Assembly: GCA_964019335.1 (NCBI GenBank)
Contig: OZ025694.1
Coordinates: 434,001-498,000, forward strand
Source of the DNA: Diplonema japonicum
Taxonomy: Eukaryota > Protista > Euglenozoa: Diplonemea
Reading direction: 5' to 3'
DNA length: 64,000 nt
Of the stretch, positions 45,679-56,401 are shown in pieces. Positions within the stretch are counted from its first letter, which is position 1. Every line of letters begins with the position of its first letter. Under the pieces are notes generated by a model. It worked only from the letters and a program-made list of their open reading frames with translations, ran no database searches and was not told the DNA's origin. The translations under genes were made by a program, and so were the position numbers.

Positions 45679-46675
45679 GCAGCACAACTTTCCTGACATC
45701 AACAACAAAGAAAGGCGGAAGTAAAAAGAATTGAAAAGCAGCCGAACCTACGTTCCGAATAACAAAAAAAACAAAAATAAAAACAACCGCAAACACGATA
45801 AGCAGATTTTGATTTTTCCACTTAAAATCGTGGCAAGCCGCAACCTTCCAAATGTTTGCGTGTCTTCCCGAGGGTTCATCATGGTTGTCGTGTTCGCGAG
45901 CTTTTTTTTTATTTTAAATAATCTTAAATCTCTCTTTTTAAAAAACTGAACTTTAGTGAACAAGCTCCCCACCCATGTGAAGCGAAGCAAGTCGTACTAG
46001 TTAACCACTGCAAGGCCAATGTGCTGTGTTCCTTGTATACCTTTGTAATGTCGTATGTAATTTTCCATGAATCTATCGACCATCAAACACCCGCGTTAGG
46101 CTTTCTCCTAGATTACAACATCCTAGTTTGAGGCAGCCTTCCAAGCACCCCTATCTTCTTCTGTTTCTTAAAGTGAATAAAGCCCTTCGTTGCACGCCGC
46201 CGTGTTTGTTGTGTACAGGAAACACGGATCGAAGTGCAAGCGAGTGGGGCAGCGTTTTAGTTGCTTTCTCTTTTATTATTACTTCGCCGGGAGTAATTAT
46301 TCAGGGCAGCAAGACCTTTGGCCGGGTCTAGGTGCGTAACGACACCTCCCCTTAAGCGAGTCATTTCAGGGGGGGTGACGGGTGCTCGGCGGAGAGACAA
46401 GAATAAGGCAGACCTTGGCTGTCACCAGCTGTTCCAAGCAGAGCAACTGTCACCATGCTATCATGTTACTTATGGTACACCAGAAGCCGACTGTGGTAGT
46501 CGTACTGAGCGCCGTTTGTCTTGTGTCACATTAAAAGATCGAGTTTCTTGTTTTCCTCTCTCTTTTGTTCTTCTTTTTTATCCCACACCTTCTTTTTTTT
46601 AGAGCATTGCACGATCCTCTTTCAGTATAGAGGCTGCATGCCTACACAGCTGACCTTACTCATGAATTCAACAAC
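45552..46675 (+). repeat. Segmental duplicate of 53960-54875
   Basis: Colinear high identity with indels, starting at agggctgctatttgttgg. Confidence 0.9.
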
Positions 46676-47443
46676 ATTCATTTTATGCGGGCCGTTGCTA
46701 ACCACTTCGTTCCTATCATAGTGAATTTTATTTTCGTTGACCCCCCCCCCCCCCCCCACTCACTCTTAAAACACACACCAACCTTCGCAGGCCTTCTTCT
46801 TTTTATTTTCTTCAAAGATGAAGATGAATGGTCGTTGACGGGTGGAACGTCTGGTCTGGAGAGGCAGTTGTGAGGATGATGTTCGAGACACAAGCCAGGC
46901 CAAGGTGATCACGCTGAAGACGTGTAATGAAGCGCACCCACAAGGGTGAGGGGCTTCCAGTGCAGCACATGACGGTGTCAGGACTGGTGGAATGTTGCAG
47001 ACGGCATCACGTTTGCAAAGCATAGACGAAGACATGCACGCAGATGTCAGATCGATGGTGCTGTAGGGGAGGTCATCACTAGGCTAGGGCCCCGAAGAAC
47101 ATTGCCAAACCCTTTACAGGGCAGTGCTGACCGGACAAGGTACGCCATGGGAATCTTGAGGGACCCTTCATTCTTTCCGTTTTAAAACCAAAGACAAAAG
47201 AAAAGAAAAAAGAGGATTCGTCAACGAGTCAACGATCTGACCTTTTTTATATTACAGTATTTTGCTTTTTGTTATGCATCCTGACCCTCCAGTCTGCTTT
47301 TTTAAAACTGTACTTCTCTCGGTCCATCCGGTGAGCTTGCCGTCCCACGCCTCGCCTCTCGGGTCTGACAGCCTTCGGGTGGCGATCCCCATGGATCCGA
47401 ATACCTTCTTCGTGCGCTCCCTTTATCGGGTTTCCAGAAAAAA

Positions 47444-47555
47444 GAGTTGGTTGATTGTTGTTTGTGATGGGGGTTAACCTGTAGAAGGATAAGCCCAACA
47501 ATGCTACCACTACTCTTTTTAGCACTAACAATTCACTATCAATATATTGTTTTCT
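47444..47555 (-). repeat. Dispersed ~130-bp repeat, subfamily 2, inverted copy
   Basis: Reverse complement of most of 35563-35689, flanked by A-runs on the + strand. Confidence 0.85.
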
Positions 47556-47590
47556 AAAAAAGAAAAAGGAAAATAAAATATGCTCAAAAG

Positions 47591-48244
47591 ATGGCTCAGA
47601 AGGTGAACGAACCAGATATTGAAGAAGGGGATGAGCTAGCGGTTTCATGGGAGTGTCCTTTAGCTTGGGTTGGATGGGCAGAATTCTTCAGAAGATGGGC
47701 CGGCAAGGAGAGGTACTGGAAACAAGGGGTTCCGTGGTGCGACAGGTTGTTGGATGGGCTTTTATCGTTCTTTGGAGCCTTTGTGAGCTTGTGTTTACTG
47801 TGCTGGCTGCACTTCCATTCAGATCCTTTGGAAGGCCAGCTCTTTGTGGCGTCGTTTGGTGCGAGTGCGGTGATGATCTACGCTGCCCCAGAGGCTCCTA
47901 TGTCGCAACCTTGGAATTTCCTTTTCGGGCACTTCATATCAGCCTTTACTGGTTTATGTGTTCGTGCTGCCTTTGACTATAATGAGGACTTGCGGTTTGT
48001 GGCGGCGCCCTTGGCATGCTCACTGACCTTGTTCGTGCAGCACATCTTCCTGTGTGTTCACCCCCCTGGGGGCGCGACAGCTATGCTGGTTAACGTCACC
48101 CCCATCACCACAAGGTGGAACGGCTTTTGGTTTCTAGTTGCTCCTGTCTCCCTTAGCCTCACGGTACTCTTTATCATCGGCCTCATAGTGAACAATTTTG
48201 CACGCCGCAGGCAGTACCCTCACAAGTGGGCCAGCTTTTTGTGA
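47591..48244 (+). CDS. HPP-family membrane protein, paralogue 2
   Basis: ASFGASAVMIYAAPEAPMSQPWN and HPPGGATA. Shares NEPDIE and RRRQYPHKWA with paralogue 1. Confidence 0.9.
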   Translation: MAQKVNEPDIEEGDELAVSWECPLAWVGWAEFFRRWAGKERYWKQGVPWCDRLLDGLLSFFGAFVSLCLLCWLHFHSDPLEGQLFVASFGASAVMIYAAPEAPMSQPWNFLFGHFISAFTGLCVRAAFDYNEDLRFVAAPLACSLTLFVQHIFLCVHPPGGATAMLVNVTPITTRWNGFWFLVAPVSLSLTVLFIIGLIVNNFARRRQYPHKWASFL

Positions 48245-48415
48245 GCGTCTTTTTTAAATGTTAAATGTCTTCTTTTTTTTTTTTCTTTTGCAAGAACGAG
48301 TCATTTGACGTGTCTAAACAAAAGGGACGTGTTTTTCGGGTACAAACTTCTTCTCCAGGTTTTACCCGGTACCGTACCCTTCAAACAACGGGTTCCTCTT
48401 TTGTAGAGCACGGTT

Positions 48416-49165
48416 AAGAAATGATAATAGACTTGTTTCTCTTTGTGCCGAGTAAGGATTTACTTCTACCGGCTTTTTTTACCTTTGCTTTCCCCCTTTA
48501 CTACGGGCGAAAAACAAAAAAGAAAAAAAAAAAAAAAAAAACGACAGGTTTTTACCAAGGTGTCTCCAAGCGCAGGAAACGGTCACGTTTCATTGCACTT
48601 GCCAAAAAGAAGTGTGGCTAGGGCGGGAACGGCCGACCAATAAACTTTTATGACGGTTTTGCGGATGATGTCCATGAGCATCCACAAGGCCAGAAACACA
48701 TAGGTATCCACCGTGAAGTCAAAGTAGGGGTGAAGGAGGCAGATTTTGCCGGAACAGACCGAGCGCAGAAACATATACCTTAAAAGAATGGTTTTTCTTT
48801 TTTCTTTTTTTTTTCCCCTTGCTAACTCCCTGAAAAAAAAAGGAAGGAAAAAAAAGAGAAAAAACCTTGCTTTTTTTTTTTTTTTGTGATCTTCCTATTC
48901 GTCAGTTTTTTGATCGAAGCAGTTCTTTGAATCAAAATCTCTTTGTTTTTTTTTCTTTCTTTTTTTTTTTTAACGCACCATATCTCTAAAACCCGTTAAG
49001 AAAGGTCCTAAGTGAAGTAGCTCTATGCGCTATAGAGGACTTCTTGTGAAAGATCTTGAGAAATCCTGCAAAGGTTGGCTTGAGAAGATTTTGACATTTC
49101 ACGGAGGCAGGGGAGGTCCTGTGGTTTCGTTTTTGAATTTTCGAAGAAGATTGTGGTCACTCTTG
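48416..49165 (+). repeat. Segmental duplicate of 54889-55412
   Basis: taagaaatgataatagacttg...ttgtggtcactcttg is colinear with indels. Confidence 0.85.
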
Positions 49166-49450
49166 CAGGAGTAGAGTGACGAACCTCCCAGGGGTTTTAC
49201 AGTAATTCTTTTTTTTTAAAGCCCAAACACCCCCTCCACTGCCCAAATAAAGGGATTATTCGGGCCCCCCTTAGTTTTTTATTTGCCACGTTGCATTGGT
49301 GACTAGCACCCCCGGAACGGAAGGGGGTCAACGGGGTTTAGAGATATGGGGCGTTAATAAATTATTATTCAATTGCATATTTGAGCAGAAATAATAACTA
49401 GAACTTTGCCACGCCTCTTTATTAGGTTTGTATTTTGTCTTTTTTGTTTT

Positions 49451-49547
49451 AAAACAATATTATTGTCGAGACTAAAAACTAGTTGATGGCAGCGTAATGA
49501 GCTATTTTATTAGGTAAAATCCCGCTCGTGCGCACAAACAAAAGCCG
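49451..49547 (+). repeat. Dispersed repeat, putative subfamily 3 (other copies near 50059-50165 and 35881-35950)
   Basis: aacaatat...gtcgagactaaaaactagttgatggcagcgtaatgagctattttattagg...cgctcgt is shared among the three sites. Confidence 0.7.
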
Positions 49548-50239
49548 AAAAGACCAATACGACAGTTCAAAACTATTATTTTTTGTGGATTGCGTTGCTA
49601 ACCCCCACCCCCCACCCCCATCATTATGAACTCAAATGTCCTTCTCTTTTGTCACATGGTGTGCTACATTCAACGAGACGATTTATCGCCCACCACTCTC
49701 TCCGTTTCTTTTTCAGGCGTCCTGCCACATACCGCAGGTACCCTTAAATGTCTCTTTTTTTTTTTTTTTTTTCTTTTCAAGGGGCAGCAAGACCTTTAGG
49801 TAACGACACCTCCCCTTAAGCGAGTCACGTCGGCGAGCAACTGTCACCAAGGCACAAACAGACCAGACCTGTATGGAGCCGTACGCACAGCACTTTTTCA
49901 GATTTTGCTGCGTTCGCCGACAACGTAGGGGAGGCACCGCACAAGTTAGAAGCTCATTCCAATGTGTCGGAGGACTACAAGCACACCCATGCGCCGTTTG
50001 ACTTGTGTCACCTTGACGTTAAAAAATCGAGTTTTTTCGCGCACAACACAAATGCTTTAACAATATTTTTGTCGAGACTAAAAACTAGTTGATGGCAGCG
50101 TAATGAGCTATTTTATTAGGGTAAACTTCCGCTCGTGCGGCAAGAATGAAAAGTGCCAAAACTAGTTTTTTTTTTTTTTTTTCCCTCTTCTTTTCAGCGC
50201 AAAAAAACGCAGTTCTGTTTTCTCCCCCCCCCCCCCCCC

Positions 50240-50418
50240 TAGGGCTATGCTGGCATGGAAACGCGTTTCCATGCATTTTTTGAAAAAAAGGGAAACGGAA
50301 ACGGATACGGAAACGTTTCCTTATGTTTCCTTAAGAAGGAAGCCGTTTCCATAAGAATTTTGAAAAGTATGGAAACGGAAACGGAAACGTTTCTACGTTT
50401 CCTGCCAGCATAGCCCTA
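50240..50418. mobile_element. MITE with 16-bp TIR and internal GGAAAC/GTTTCC repeats (hAT-like termini)
   Basis: TAGGGCTATGCTGGCA at 50240-50255 and TGCCAGCATAGCCCTA at 50403-50418, preceded by poly-C. Confidence 0.8.
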
Positions 50419-50826
50419 GGGGGGGTCATAAGGGGGTCGTTATTTGCCCTTTTTCAGGCTCTTCGTCAAGGGCATTTTGGGCCCTTAAAAAAACTGTAAC
50501 CACCCCAAAAGTGCCCACAAATCACCCAAACCCCCGTTTCCCGATGGTTTCCGGCCCCAGAAGTGCCCAGAATCATGTTCTAATTTTGGGGCCCCCGTTT
50601 GGTACTTTCCCTATGTAATCCTAGGGAACATAAAATAGGGGCCCCAAAATTAGAACATGATTCTGGGCACTTCTGGGGCCGGAAACCATCGGGAAACGGG
50701 GGTTTGGGTGATTTGTGGGCACTTTTGGGGTGGTTACAGTTTTTTTAAGGGCCCAAAATGCCCTTGACGAAGAGCCTGAAAAAGGGCAAAAAGTGGCCCT
50801 TTTTAAGGACCATATGACCCCCCCTA
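50417..50826. mobile_element. Foldback element / long-TIR MITE
   Basis: Outer TIR TAGGGGGGGTCATA / TATGACCCCCCCTA. Inner arms 50443-50595 and 50638-50790 (153 bp each) are reverse complements separated by a 42-bp spacer. Confidence 0.9.
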
Positions 50827-50931
50827 CCCCCGTTCTTTTCCACTTTTTTATCGATTACAAAAAGACTACAGGCACCGACAAACGCCCACAAAAGAAAAAA
50901 CAGGTCCCCCCCCCCCTTTTTTTTCGACACA

Positions 50932-53900
50932 ATGAAACCAACGGAAACCACAATCGGTGGAGATAAGAAGCCGGGTTTCTGGGAGAGTGTCAATCTCGCG
51001 ATGACAAAGAACGCGCGGCTCAAGCTGCGTTCGCTGAAGACCCCCGCAGTTGTAATACTGCCTGCCTTGATAGCGGCACTGCTTGCTACTACCTTATCGT
51101 CCCAGAGCTTCGACGACAGCGAGCACCTGGAGGACCATATTGATGTTGATTCATATTTCCGTCCATGGATGTGCACGCGACACAACAAGGCAGAGCCTGC
51201 AGGGTACGCTCGCTGTCCAGATAACCCGCCGGAGTGGCACTGCCTGGGCAACCTCTGCTTGAACAGCTCGCTCTCCGACAACAAGACCCTCAACACCGTC
51301 CTTCGTCCATGGTTCGGGATGACGAGCTCCTCCACTGTCCCGTGCTTCGACGTCGTAGCGTTGTGGAGACACTTTGCGCAGATGATAAAGCTCCCTGGCG
51401 AGAGCAGAGAAGGCGTCAGCCTCCCTAATGCACTTCGGTCAGGAAAGAAAATCAGCGTGCATGGGGATTCTACGTTAGTTGCGAGATTTGATGACTGGTT
51501 CATCAGCAACTCTTACACGTACCAGTTCGTTCGGTCGTTGAAGTTTTCCGCAGAAAAGGAAGCAACGGAGTACGCGACCTCCCGTGCAGGGTTGAGCAAG
51601 ATGTGGGCGGTGGTTGTGCTGAACGGCCCTGCCGATTACACTATCCGGATGAACAGTACGTCTACACCCTCCACTGCTGCTTCCACCGCTTCCGGGAAGG
51701 GGTTTAATGAACAGTTTCGCGCGTACCTCGGTGGGGGGTTTCTGACCATCCAGAGCCTCATCAACCGCAACCTCACAGGGACCGCCGCCTCTGACGAGCC
51801 CCTCCTCGTTCCCATGCCCGTGCAGGGATACCGCACCGACACCTTCTTGGCGGATGTTGGTGGATTCCTGCCGGTGTTGACGCTGGCTTTTGTTTACTCC
51901 TTCACACAGCTTGTGTCAGACATCGTGAGGGAAAAGGAGATGGGCACCCGTGAAGCAATGCGTGTCGTGGGGTTGCCCGCTTCGGTTTTCAATATTTCCT
52001 GGCTCTTCACTGGGATGATTCAGATGGTGCTCGCCAGCTTTCTTGCCGCTGCCGTGGTGGCCGCCTCCTTCCCGATCGAAACGAGCTGTTGCCTCACCCT
52101 CGTTCTGTTCATAAGCTACGGGCTGTCGTTGGCGGCGGCCGGGGTCCTGCTATCGGTGCTGTTTTCTAAGGCGTCGCATGCGGGCCTCGTGAGCCCTGTG
52201 GTGTACCTCATGTGCACGATACCCTCATTCGTCGTGAGTGACCCTTCCATGTTGACGCAGTACAGCCTGTCCTGCTGCAGCACTTACGCCTTCGGGCGGG
52301 CACTGGCGCTGCTCTTTAACACGGCAGAGAATGGCAACACGACGGAGGAGGAAGCGTCGTACTCGGTGATGGCCGCGCTGGCCTGTATTTGGTGCGACAC
52401 GGCTCTGTACCTCCAGCTGGCCGTGTGGTTGGACGAACAAAACCTTGACAACTACGTTCCCTTCGACTTCAGCTGGAACAACGCCCTATGGGACAACATG
52501 ACATGCTCAGAGCACTTGCGCTACTACGCTTCTCTAGAGGGAGTGCACAGCACGGAGCTGGATGACCACGTAGACGGCATCCTGGAGAGGCTAGGGATGG
52601 GGGGTGACAAGGACACTTATTCCGCGGTGCTGACAACTGAAATGAGACACAAGCTGGGTACAGGGGTCTCACAGATGGGAAACTCGAAATTCCTGACGCA
52701 GGATGTTGAACTGCAACCGACGGCAGCCTCCGAACCGGGCCTTGCAAACATAAACCCCACACAGCAAGAGGTGGAAGACACCCATACTGCTGCCTTCCAG
52801 GTACTGCTGCCTGCTATCGTAGTGCTGTACACACTGCTACTGGTGACTCTATCTAATGCAGATCTTCCACCTTTGGAACTCGTTAAGTACGAAAGGAACT
52901 CAATCTTTCCGGTGTCGGCGCACAGCATGTACGCTGGGAAAGGAATAATCCAAGGTGTGGAACCAATGCCAGGTGAGTACAAAAGCGCTGCCGACATGAG
53001 CAAGTACCTGCTTCGCAGGGAAAGCTCCGTTGGTTGCTGGCAGGCACTGTTCGAAGCAGATGATAATACACAAACGGCGTTTTTCAACACAAGCAGTCTG
53101 CACAGCCTGCCCATCATGCTAAATGGGTACGCCTCCATGCGTTACCAGCAGCGATGGCACAACGAAGGCATCCGGGTCATGAGCCACCCTCTCCCATACG
53201 GTGATACGGAACACGGGACGGACATGTTGGCAATGATGGTGGCGGTGTGTGTTGTGCTGCCATTGTGCATTGTACCAGCAAGCTACGCGGCACATGAATT
53301 GAAGGCTGAGTTCTGGCCGTCAGGTTTCTCTAGACACGTGTTGATATCTGCTGCGTCAGCTTTTCTCGTTGTAACGATATTCTTCATGTTCGGACGAGTG
53401 GAGTACACAGGGAGCTTGGAGGCGTACTGTGCTATCGTGTTGTTGTTGTCCTTGTACGGGTTGGCCTCGTTGCTGATGGCGTGCGTTGTGTCTTGTTTCG
53501 GGGGGCAGGACGCGATGCTGCTGGTGAATGTGGTGTCGGGTTTCGTGCTGCCCGTTGCGGTCACAATATTGCGGATGATTGGTTCAACGCCAGAGACAGT
53601 GCTGGTGATGAGGTTTGTATTTCGTGTAGTGCCAGCATTCTGCCTTGGGGATGGTGTCCTCGCGATGGCCCTGCAACTAGCAGCCCCTCTTTCCATGGAA
53701 GTGGTGGGATGGGATGCTGTTGCACTGTGTGTGATGCTCCCCTTGTTTGCTGTTCTCGCCTTTCGCATATCGGAAAATGCTGAGGACGGGCTGGGACGGG
53801 TTCGCAGGGTGGAGGTATTCAGCAGCGACTTCGATCTGTTCGTGGATGCCGACAGCGAGACTGTTTTCAAAGACAAGGAGAAGGTGAAGGTGTACCCGGA

Positions 53901-54084
53901 GCACAAGTTGAACTTGATGGACGCGAACCAGCTCGTCTTAGATGAAGAATTCAAGAGGAAGGGCTGCTATTTGTTGGTGCAGTCGCCTTCACCGTCTACC
54001 GCAGGACACGAGCCTTGCAGTACTACGCAGCCATCAGCCTGGAGCCAGGGACTCCCTACGAAGATGGAGCAGGTACTGGAGTGA
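50932..54084 (+). CDS. ABCA-subfamily-derived membrane protein lacking functional nucleotide-binding domains, with a chimeric C-terminus
   Basis: ABCA motifs GFLTIQ, IVREKEMGTREAMRVVGL, FFNTSSLHSLP, SHPLP and FRVVPAFCLGDG. Only a remnant of NBD1 is present (LWDNMTCSEHLRYYASLEG...LTTEMRHKL) and there is no NBD2. Confidence 0.75.
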   Translation: MKPTETTIGGDKKPGFWESVNLAMTKNARLKLRSLKTPAVVILPALIAALLATTLSSQSFDDSEHLEDHIDVDSYFRPWMCTRHNKAEPAGYARCPDNPPEWHCLGNLCLNSSLSDNKTLNTVLRPWFGMTSSSTVPCFDVVALWRHFAQMIKLPGESREGVSLPNALRSGKKISVHGDSTLVARFDDWFISNSYTYQFVRSLKFSAEKEATEYATSRAGLSKMWAVVVLNGPADYTIRMNSTSTPSTAASTASGKGFNEQFRAYLGGGFLTIQSLINRNLTGTAASDEPLLVPMPVQGYRTDTFLADVGGFLPVLTLAFVYSFTQLVSDIVREKEMGTREAMRVVGLPASVFNISWLFTGMIQMVLASFLAAAVVAASFPIETSCCLTLVLFISYGLSLAAAGVLLSVLFSKASHAGLVSPVVYLMCTIPSFVVSDPSMLTQYSLSCCSTYAFGRALALLFNTAENGNTTEEEASYSVMAALACIWCDTALYLQLAVWLDEQNLDNYVPFDFSWNNALWDNMTCSEHLRYYASLEGVHSTELDDHVDGILERLGMGGDKDTYSAVLTTEMRHKLGTGVSQMGNSKFLTQDVELQPTAASEPGLANINPTQQEVEDTHTAAFQVLLPAIVVLYTLLLVTLSNADLPPLELVKYERNSIFPVSAHSMYAGKGIIQGVEPMPGEYKSAADMSKYLLRRESSVGCWQALFEADDNTQTAFFNTSSLHSLPIMLNGYASMRYQQRWHNEGIRVMSHPLPYGDTEHGTDMLAMMVAVCVVLPLCIVPASYAAHELKAEFWPSGFSRHVLISAASAFLVVTIFFMFGRVEYTGSLEAYCAIVLLLSLYGLASLLMACVVSCFGGQDAMLLVNVVSGFVLPVAVTILRMIGSTPETVLVMRFVFRVVPAFCLGDGVLAMALQLAAPLSMEVVGWDAVALCVMLPLFAVLAFRISENAEDGLGRVRRVEVFSSDFDLFVDADSETVFKDKEKVKVYPEHKLNLMDANQLVLDEEFKRKGCYLLVQSPSPSTAGHEPCSTTQPSAWSQGLPTKMEQVLE

Positions 54085-55475
54085 GCAGCACAACTTTCCT
54101 GACATTAACAACAAAGAAAGGCGGAAGTAAAAAAAATGAAAAGCAGCCGAACCTACATTCCGAGTAACAAAAAAACAAAAACAAAACAACCGCTAAGATT
54201 TGATTTTTCCACTTAAATCGTGGCAAGCCGCAACCTTCCAAATGTTTGTGTGTCGCTTCCCAAGGGTTTAACATGGTTGTCGTGTTCGCGGGCTTTCTCT
54301 TTAGTTGAAACTGACTTTAGTGAACAAGCTCCCCACCCATGTGAAGCGAAGCAAGTCGTACTAGTTAACCACTGCAAGGCCAATGTGCTGTGTTCCTTGT
54401 ATACCTTTGTAATGTCGTATGTAATTTTCCATGAATCTATCGACCATCAAACACCCGCGTTAGGCTTTCTCCTAGATTACAACATCCTAGTTTGAGGCAG
54501 CCTTCCAAGCACCCCTATCTTCTTCTGTTTCTTAAAGTGAATAAAGCCCTTCGTTGCACGCCGCCGTGTTTCGGGAGGAGAGACAAGAATGAGGCAGACC
54601 TTGTCACCAGCTGTTCCAAGCAGAGCAGCTGTCACCATGCTATCATGTTACTTATGGTTCAGTGTGGTCGAACTTGTGTTACATTAAAAGATCGAGTTTC
54701 TTATTTATTATTTTTTAGGGCGCCGCCAATACCGGCCTCCTATAAAATATATTATTTTCCTCTCTCAAATTCCTTTTTTTTTATTCCCCACATCTTCTTT
54801 TTTTTAGAGCATTGCACAATCCTCTTTCAGTATAGAGGCTGCATGTCTACACAGCTGACTCATGAATTCACAACATCTATTTTATTTTAAGAAATGATAA
54901 TAGACTTGTTTCTCTTTGTGCCGAGAAAAGATTTATTTCCGGCTTTTTTTTTTTTTCAAAGGGCGCCGCCAACACCGGCCTCCTTTAACTCATGTATATT
55001 TTTTTACCTTTGCTTTCCCCCTTTACTACGGGCGAAAAACAAGAAAAAAAAACGACAAGTTTACCAAGGTATTTCCGAGCGCAGAAACGCATACCTTAAA
55101 AGAATAGTTTTCTTTCTCTTCCCCCTGCTAACTCCCTGCAAGAAAAAAGGAAGGAGATAAAAGAAAAAGAAAACCTCTTTCTTTTTGCGATCTTCCTATT
55201 ATTCGTCAGTTTTTTGATCGAAGCAGTACTTTGAATCAGAATCTTTTTGTTTTCTTTCTTTCTCGCAGCACCGTAAATGGCTCTGGCTGGCCATAGAGGA
55301 ATTCTTGTGAAAGATCTTAAGAAATCCTGCAAAGGTTGGCTTGAGAAGATTTTGACATATCACGGAGGCATCGTTTTTGAATTTTCGAAAAAGAAAATTG
55401 TGGTCACTCTTGAAGGCTACAAGCACCCACCCCCATGCGCCATTTGACTGACCTTGACGTTAAAAGATCGGGTTT
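53960..55475 (+). repeat. Condensed duplicate of blocks within 45552-50040
   Basis: Joins copies of 45552-46675, 48416-49165 and about 49974-50035 in the same order. Confidence 0.85.
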
Positions 55476-55547
55476 TTTTTTTCTTCTTCTATTTTTGTTC
55501 GTTTCCAGCACTGGAAAAACATCATAAAAGGGAGATATTATTTCAAC

Positions 55548-56258
55548 ATGAAGTTTGCCTTACTATTAACATTGTGTGCGGCTGCTGCTGCCATCGAAGA
55601 TTTGAGCGACGTACGAGTGCTGACGGACTCTACCTTCGAACATGACACGCAAGCGGCTTCTGGAGCAACGACGGGGAACTGGTTCGTCCTGTTCTACGCC
55701 CCGTGGTGCGGCTGGTGCAAGAGGATAGCCCCTGACTGGGAACTCCTTGCTTCAGAGGTGAAGGGGGAGTTCTCTGTCGCAAAGATCGATGCCACACAGA
55801 ACATGCTGACCCCAGCCAGGTTTGGTGTCAAGGCCTACCCCATGCTCATCCTCTTCTCGCATAACAAGATGTACAAGTACGAAGGGCAGCGTAGCTACGA
55901 TGAGCTTCTTGAGTTCTCTAGAAACGGTTACAAGTCAGCCACAGGCGTCCCCGTACCACCCGAGAAGTTCTTCGTCATACAGTACGCAGAGTTGTTCGGG
56001 GCCGAGCTTGCTGTATGACACCTTTTCCAAAAGGAAAAAAAAACAAAAGAAACAAATAAACACAGCGTGCCGTTGAAGAGGATCCCAACACCCTTCTCGC
56101 CACCGTCGCTGGGAGCGCCATCGCAGGGCTGCTCATTGCTTGGATTTTTATCGCTTGTTTTGGTTTGTGGCATTTTTTAAGAAGAAATAAAGAAGAATAA
56201 ATCAACTTTATTTTTTTTTACAGGGAAGAAGATAGCACCGAAGGCAAAAGACGAGTGA
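55548..56258 (+). CDS. ER transmembrane thioredoxin/PDI-family protein (TMX-like); exons 55548-56012, 56066-56162, 56224-56258
   Basis: Signal peptide and FYAPWCGWCK active site. Splicing two GT-AG introns adds TM LLATVAGSAIAGLLIAWIFIACF and a C-terminal KAKDE (KxKxx ER-retrieval motif). Confidence 0.85.
56013..56065 (+). other. 53-nt GT-AG intron
   Basis: gtatga...aaacacag, A-rich, phase 0. Confidence 0.8.
56163..56223 (+). other. 61-nt GT-AG intron
   Basis: gtttgt...tttttacag, phase 1, yields the KxKxx terminus. Confidence 0.75.
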
Positions 56259-56401
56259 CGAATGAAAAGAAAATGAAAAGGAAGAAGGGGATAGGGGGGG
56301 GGAATGACAAAAATAAAATAAAATAAAGTAAAAACGAGAGATCTTCTTTTCATTTTTTTGTTCTTTTTTTCTTTCCCCCCCCCCAAATCGTAAGGAAAAT
56401 A

